Of a stretch of DNA of 64,000 nt, positions 58,988 through 64,000 are shown in pieces. Position numbers and translations under genes: made by a program. Source of the DNA: a bacterium (lineage in GTDB: Bacteria; Patescibacteriota; Minisyncoccia; Phycocordibacterales; UBA1006); assembly GCA_030433255.1 (NCBI GenBank), contig JAUIMI010000001.1, positions 23,378 through 87,377 of the forward strand, given 5' to 3'. A model generated the notes under the pieces. The model worked only from the letters and a program-made list of their open reading frames with translations. It was not told the origin of the DNA and ran no database searches. Position 1 is the stretch's first letter. Every line of letters begins with the position of its first letter.

Positions 58988-60502
58988 ATGACTACATTTA
59001 AAGATTTTAATTTCAAATCGCGATTAGCGTATGCTATTTCGCGTGCTGGTTTTGTTGAACCATCACCAATTCAACAACAATCAATCCCAATTATTTTAGA
59101 GGGAAAAGATATGGTAGGGCAAGCACATACAGGAACTGGTAAAACAGCAGCTTTTGCGCTTCCAATTTTACAAAAAATTACACAGAAAGATGGTGTCGGT
59201 GCTGTTGTTATCGTACCAACAAGAGAACTTGCAACTCAGGTTGCTGATGAGTTTTATAAATTTTCACGAAACTTAAATATTCGAACTGCAACGGTATATG
59301 GAGGAACGTCATACAAGCGACAGATTGAACATATTGCTAATGCTGGTGTGGTAGTTGCTACACCTGGGCGATTCCTTGATTTATTGTCTCGTGGAAAAAT
59401 AGATATTCATCCAAAATTTATTGTACTCGATGAAGCCGATGAAATGTTAAATATGGGATTCTTAGAAGATATCCGTCGTATTTTTACTTATTTTGAGGAT
59501 CGAGAGCAGACTCTTATGTTTTCGGCCACCATGCCTGATGAGATAAAAGAATTAGCACATACTATTCTAAGAGACCCTCAATTTATCCGAGTCGAAAAAG
59601 AGGCGGTTACAAATAATAATATCAAGCAGTATTATTACGTTGTTGATGAACATGAGCGTGATGATGCTATGTTGCGACTTATTGACACTTCAAACCCTAA
59701 AAAAGCTATTGTTTTTTGTCGTACGAAAAGAGAAACAGCACGACTATCAGAATACCTCTCTGGGCAAGGGTATAAGACAGCCGCACTTCATGGTGATATG
59801 GAACAATGGGATAGACAAAAAACAATGAAATCATTTCGTCGTAATGAGTACCGTATCTTAGTGGCAACTGATGTTGCAGCTCGTGGATTAGATGTTCGGG
59901 ATGTATCTCATGTGTTTAATTACCATATTCCATTTGAAGCTGAATCATATGTTCACCGTATTGGTCGAACCGGACGCGCAAAACGTGATGGTATCGCTAT
60001 GATGTTGGTAACACCACATGAGTTACGTGAATTAAAGCGTATTCAAAAAGATGTAGGTTCAGAGCTTCAGTTTTCTACTATCCCTCAAAAAAATAGTACC
60101 CTTGAAGATCGTATGAAAACCTTATTTTCTATGGTTAAGGGACAACGAACTAAAAAAACATCAGATGTTATTTTAGAGGCACTTACAAAAAATTCTGATA
60201 CTAATACTGTTGCAAATAAACTTGTCTCTCTGTTAGAAAAAACACTTATTGAAACATCAGGGATAGGAAAAACAGATGAAGAGGTGTTGCTGCTTCTTAA
60301 TGATATTGGAAATGATGTTGAATCTGAAAATAAAAAATCATCACGAAAATACAAAGAGCGAAACAGTAAAAAATCATCACGACATGGTAAACAACGGCGT
60401 GATGGTGGAAAAATTAAACGTGGAACAGGTCGAGGAGAGATACCAATTCCAACTATTGAAAAAGTTGGGAATTCTCGCATCGTTGCACGTAAACTTTTTT
60501 AA
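58988..60502 (+). CDS. DEAD-box ATP-dependent RNA helicase with a basic C-terminal tail
   Basis: Q-motif, AHTGTGKT, DEAD, SAT, HRIGRTGR. Confidence 0.85.
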   Translation: MTTFKDFNFKSRLAYAISRAGFVEPSPIQQQSIPIILEGKDMVGQAHTGTGKTAAFALPILQKITQKDGVGAVVIVPTRELATQVADEFYKFSRNLNIRTATVYGGTSYKRQIEHIANAGVVVATPGRFLDLLSRGKIDIHPKFIVLDEADEMLNMGFLEDIRRIFTYFEDREQTLMFSATMPDEIKELAHTILRDPQFIRVEKEAVTNNNIKQYYYVVDEHERDDAMLRLIDTSNPKKAIVFCRTKRETARLSEYLSGQGYKTAALHGDMEQWDRQKTMKSFRRNEYRILVATDVAARGLDVRDVSHVFNYHIPFEAESYVHRIGRTGRAKRDGIAMMLVTPHELRELKRIQKDVGSELQFSTIPQKNSTLEDRMKTLFSMVKGQRTKKTSDVILEALTKNSDTNTVANKLVSLLEKTLIETSGIGKTDEEVLLLLNDIGNDVESENKKSSRKYKERNSKKSSRHGKQRRDGGKIKRGTGRGEIPIPTIEKVGNSRIVARKLF

Positions 60503-60667
60503 GACTTTTAAAATTAACGAACTTCTGCGTTAAAAAGTACGCTCGTGTCATCACTGTAGGAAACTACAGCTCAGACACTTGCGTGCTTTTTGCCTTGAAT
60601 TTCATTTAATTTAAAAAGTCTATTTTCTAGTTTCTAATTTTACTATTTTTAATGCTACAATATTTTT

Positions 60668-62434
60668 ATGAAAAAAATACTTATAATTTTAATCATTGCT
60701 TTTATCACAGGTTTTTTTCTTATAAAAGAGTCTAGAAAAGATATATCATATAATTTTAACTCAGAAGCTATTGATGTAATTGAATCCTTTTCTTTTGAAA
60801 ATAAAATTAAAGATATTTCCATAGATAAACCAATGCCCTTTAGGTTAAATAACAAATGGGCATTAATTTCTCCCGAAAAAGAATTTTTGACAGAATTTAA
60901 ATATGATGTAATAGATCCTAAATATTATGATTTATATCTATTTAAAAAGGATGGAAAATGGGGGTTTCTAGATAAGGATGGGAAAGAGGTTATTAAAGAG
61001 CAATTCGAAGTAAGACCACGATACTATCCAATTAAATATAAAAATTTTGATTATCATATTGTGACAGGTGATTTTTTTCAAACATTTGATAAAAATTTCT
61101 TATTTAGTTCTCAGTCAAGAACTTTAGAAAAAATTGAATTACCTAAATTTGGTAAAAATTTTGACTTTTTTACTTCTGAAAAGTGTAAAAATAATGCACT
61201 TGTGATTTATAACACTGGAAGGGTTTCATTATATAATGATTTGAATGTTATCTATGGTTCTAGTAGTCGTATTACTCAAGATAATAAGATTGTTTTCGAA
61301 AATATTTATACTGGTAAAAAAGGAATTATGGATTGTCATGAAAACATTATTCTTTCTGCTGAAAAATATGTTCAATTTAGACCACATAAAGATGGGACAC
61401 TTGCTGTGATAGAATTAAATACAAGTAACCAAATTCAACAAAGTGAAATTATTAATATTGATGTGAAATTAGGGCTTAATAATCCTGAACGTACAACTTC
61501 TTTGGAATTAAGTTTTGAAAAAGATGAAAATAATAAAATAATTACAACCAACTATATAAACAAAAACATACATTCTGGAGAGATATTAATGGAAAAAAAA
61601 TTAGAACAACCTTATACAATTAACTCAAATTTTCCTTATGGAAACGGTATATTAAGTTTTTATAATAATAAAAGATTTCAAGGTTACTTAGATCAATATG
61701 GAAATGAATTATTTTTTGGTGAGACTGATATCGATGAAGGTATAAGATATAGTAAAAATTTTATTTCAAATAAAGAGAAAAAAGAATCTGTTAGAAATGA
61801 TAATGATATAACACTTCAAAATTTACTTATTAATGGTTTTTCAGTTAAATTTGATAGTGAATATTATGACTATAATGAAAGTTTGTTAAGTAATCTCAAT
61901 AATAAAAAAGCGATTGTTGAATGCAACAATATTGAATATGATAATTGTCGTTCTTGGTATTTTGCAGATAAATTTTGGGAAATTAAAGGAACTGATTATA
62001 TAGTTGTTTCAGGTTCAGGATACAAGGATCCAGTTACTATTTATATTTTTAAGAAAAACACACATTCTAAATTAGAATTTATTGATTATATAATTTTTGG
62101 TAATTCACGAGGTTTGACTGATGTGCGACTTTCTGGTGATGATATTTTATTTACAATTCAAGGCGGTTTTGGTGATGAATGTTATTATGAAAATGCTATA
62201 GATATTATTAGTATTGATAAAAATTTTGTAGGAGAATATATAAATTTATTTACTGATAATCGCATTTATGATTGTGGTAATGGAGGGTCAATTATATCTA
62301 CTATTTCTGACGATAACTTAATTTTAAATTATGATGTATATAATTGTGGTAATAATAATTATGATGGTTGTGACCCTGAATTTGAAAAAACACAAATTTT
62401 TTCTTATACAAAAAAACAGTTAATTTCAGAATAA
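60668..62434 (+). CDS. Secreted or membrane-anchored WG-repeat protein (hypothetical)
   Basis: Signal/TM N-terminus; repeated KWG(F)LDKDGKEVI-type WG-containing beta repeats. Confidence 0.45.
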   Translation: MKKILIILIIAFITGFFLIKESRKDISYNFNSEAIDVIESFSFENKIKDISIDKPMPFRLNNKWALISPEKEFLTEFKYDVIDPKYYDLYLFKKDGKWGFLDKDGKEVIKEQFEVRPRYYPIKYKNFDYHIVTGDFFQTFDKNFLFSSQSRTLEKIELPKFGKNFDFFTSEKCKNNALVIYNTGRVSLYNDLNVIYGSSSRITQDNKIVFENIYTGKKGIMDCHENIILSAEKYVQFRPHKDGTLAVIELNTSNQIQQSEIINIDVKLGLNNPERTTSLELSFEKDENNKIITTNYINKNIHSGEILMEKKLEQPYTINSNFPYGNGILSFYNNKRFQGYLDQYGNELFFGETDIDEGIRYSKNFISNKEKKESVRNDNDITLQNLLINGFSVKFDSEYYDYNESLLSNLNNKKAIVECNNIEYDNCRSWYFADKFWEIKGTDYIVVSGSGYKDPVTIYIFKKNTHSKLEFIDYIIFGNSRGLTDVRLSGDDILFTIQGGFGDECYYENAIDIISIDKNFVGEYINLFTDNRIYDCGNGGSIISTISDDNLILNYDVYNCGNNNYDGCDPEFEKTQIFSYTKKQLISE

Positions 62435-62458
62435 AAAAGAGCCTACATAGGTTCTTTT

Positions 62459-64000
62459 TTATTCTAAAAATAACATTGCACATTTAATATCATCATATGA
62501 AATTTTTTCATCCAATTTTTCAAATATGCTGCGTAGACGAATACTTCCATTTTCAAGGTAATCTTCTGGACTTCTTTTTTTCTCTATTGCATGAATGGTA
62601 TTTTCAACAAGTTCAATGATATTGCTGTCAGGTTGCAGGTACGTGATATCAAATTCAGGATCATCATCTAATATGTCGTATAAGTGCTTCCAAATAGTTG
62701 CCTCTGTTACATCTCGAATTTTAGCAATTTCACTAATAGATAATGCTCGCTTAAAGTATTTCTTTGACTCTAAGAATGATTTTATTTTTGGTTTTTGTTG
62801 TTTATGTTCTTCTTCTTTTTTATTCCCCTTTTCAGTGCTTCCACCAAGTTTTTGTAAAAAGACTGCATGAGATTGTTCTAGTGACTCCGTATCTGTATTT
62901 TCTATATATAAATGGAGTTCTTCTGAGTTCTTTCGCATATGTATATCTTTTTCGAGCACAGTCTTATTAACAGCTAATGCTTGCGCATTAAGACCCATAA
63001 GTTTAAGGCCTTTAATATCTTGAATTCGTGAAAGAGCAACATATCCTTGTCCTGGTTCAAAAGATTGCGATAAATCAATTTCAGCTGATTCAAGTGTCAT
63101 TCCTTGTGATTTGTGAATAGTTATTGCCCACGCAAGTCGAAGCGGTATTTGTTTTATTGTTGCTAAGGCTTTTCCATCATTGTCAGTATAGGTCCACTCA
63201 ATACGTTCAGCTTTAATATGTCGACCATCACGTGTTTCAACAACAGGGGTACCAAAGACATCAAAATCAATAATTGTCCCAAGTGTCCCATTAATATAAT
63301 CTTTTTCATAATTATTTTTAATAAAAAAAACAAGCGCCCCTTTTTTTAATTCAAGTTTTGGTAAGAAGAGTGAATTATTAAATATTCGCTCAACCCATTT
63401 TTTTTGCCCTGTAGTATGGGCTTCAAATATTTGTAATGGAGCATCAAGAAGTCGAAGTGATTGATTATTGATGGCATCAACATCTACATTATGAGTGTAT
63501 AGTTTTGTTATCTGCTCGTTGTTTTTAGGTTCTTTTTTGTATCTTTCTCGAAAGTGATTCATTGAACTCTCTGATACAAAACCGCTACGCATTTCGTTTA
63601 GTATGTTTAACAGAATTTCATCTGTATGACGAAATGAATTTGTTAAATAACAAATACCAAGATCAAGTTCATTCCAAACAGGAGATTGAAATATAAATCT
63701 CTTTTCTTCTTGGTTTTTCATTACGGGCGGCAGTTGAAAAAAATCCCCAACAAGGATTACTTGTACTCCACCAAATGGTTCGTGGTTAAATTTAAATGTT
63801 TGTAGAAGCTGGTTAATTGATTCAAATAACTGAGGGGAGAGCATAGATACCTCATCAATAATTAAAACCTGAAGGTGTTTCATTCGATCCCAAAGATATT
63901 TTTTTTCCGTGAGATTTTCAATATCATATTGAGACAAACTATCACGAATTCCTGTTCCAAAAAAACTCTGGAGTGTTACTCCATTGATATGACTTGCCGC
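62459..64000 (-). CDS. PIF1/RecD-family (AAA_30) DNA helicase with a C-terminal HTH domain; the 5' end runs off the window
   Basis: LIIDEVSMLS (Walker B-like), ILVGDFFQLPPV, WAITIHKSQGMTL (motif V/VI-like); C-terminal HTH LSISEIAKIRDVTEATIWKHL. Confidence 0.6.
   Translation of the reverse strand, partial: AASHINGVTLQSFFGTGIRDSLSQYDIENLTEKKYLWDRMKHLQVLIIDEVSMLSPQLFESINQLLQTFKFNHEPFGGVQVILVGDFFQLPPVMKNQEEKRFIFQSPVWNELDLGICYLTNSFRHTDEILLNILNEMRSGFVSESSMNHFRERYKKEPKNNEQITKLYTHNVDVDAINNQSLRLLDAPLQIFEAHTTGQKKWVERIFNNSLFLPKLELKKGALVFFIKNNYEKDYINGTLGTIIDFDVFGTPVVETRDGRHIKAERIEWTYTDNDGKALATIKQIPLRLAWAITIHKSQGMTLESAEIDLSQSFEPGQGYVALSRIQDIKGLKLMGLNAQALAVNKTVLEKDIHMRKNSEELHLYIENTDTESLEQSHAVFLQKLGGSTEKGNKKEEEHKQQKPKIKSFLESKKYFKRALSISEIAKIRDVTEATIWKHLYDILDDDPEFDITYLQPDSNIIELVENTIHAIEKKRSPEDYLENGSIRLRSIFEKLDEKISYDDIKCAMLFLE

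Overview
This is a low-GC (about one-third GC by eye) bacterial chromosomal segment. Housekeeping genes dominate. I recognise five aminoacyl-tRNA synthetases (ArgRS, IleRS, GlyRS, MetRS, and SerHMT is not one: ArgRS, IleRS, GlyRS, MetRS plus the window has no fifth), corrected: four aminoacyl-tRNA synthetases (ArgRS, IleRS, GlyRS, MetRS). There is a thymidylate-synthesis cluster (glyA, thyA, tmk, dCMP deaminase, two MazG-like NTP pyrophosphatases). There is a ribosomal-protein and tuf cluster, recJ, efp, ssb, a split comEC and many small hypothetical or membrane proteins. The gene content is consistent with a reduced-genome, possibly Patescibacteria/CPR-like, organism; that is an inference, not a demonstrated fact. 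Standard stop codons appear to be used. Rho-independent-looking terminator hairpins are frequent and clear in this AT-rich DNA.

The standout is the first ~6.4 kb. A ComEB-like dCMP deaminase gene is split into a 5' fragment (42..~236) and a 3' fragment (6423..6704, a different frame). Between them lies a ~6.2 kb inserted element. It carries a circovirus/CRESS-DNA-type Rep with HUH endonuclease motifs I-III and an SF3 helicase. About 20 bp upstream of rep is a perfect 10-bp stem-loop whose loop contains TAGTATTAC, the nonanucleotide origin motif of circoviruses and nanoviruses. Adjacent is a large serine recombinase whose 3' end reads through the right junction into host DNA. Cargo genes are a lipoprotein, a small membrane protein, a DUF2726-like nuclease-fold protein and a hypothetical protein. 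I read this as an integrated, probably excisable, CRESS-like rolling-circle replicon or plasmid-like element.

Second notable item: the isoleucyl-tRNA synthetase contains an in-frame ~190-aa histidine-phosphatase (PGAM-like, with RHG and SHG motifs) domain inserted in the catalytic core.

Other oddities are listed under findings. They include comEC split by cmk, a rearranged str/S10 region lacking fusA, S6 with an HhH-like C-terminal extension, a 20-bp perfect palindrome at a gene start, and a (PE)11 hexanucleotide repeat. No tRNA, rRNA or CRISPR array was detected.
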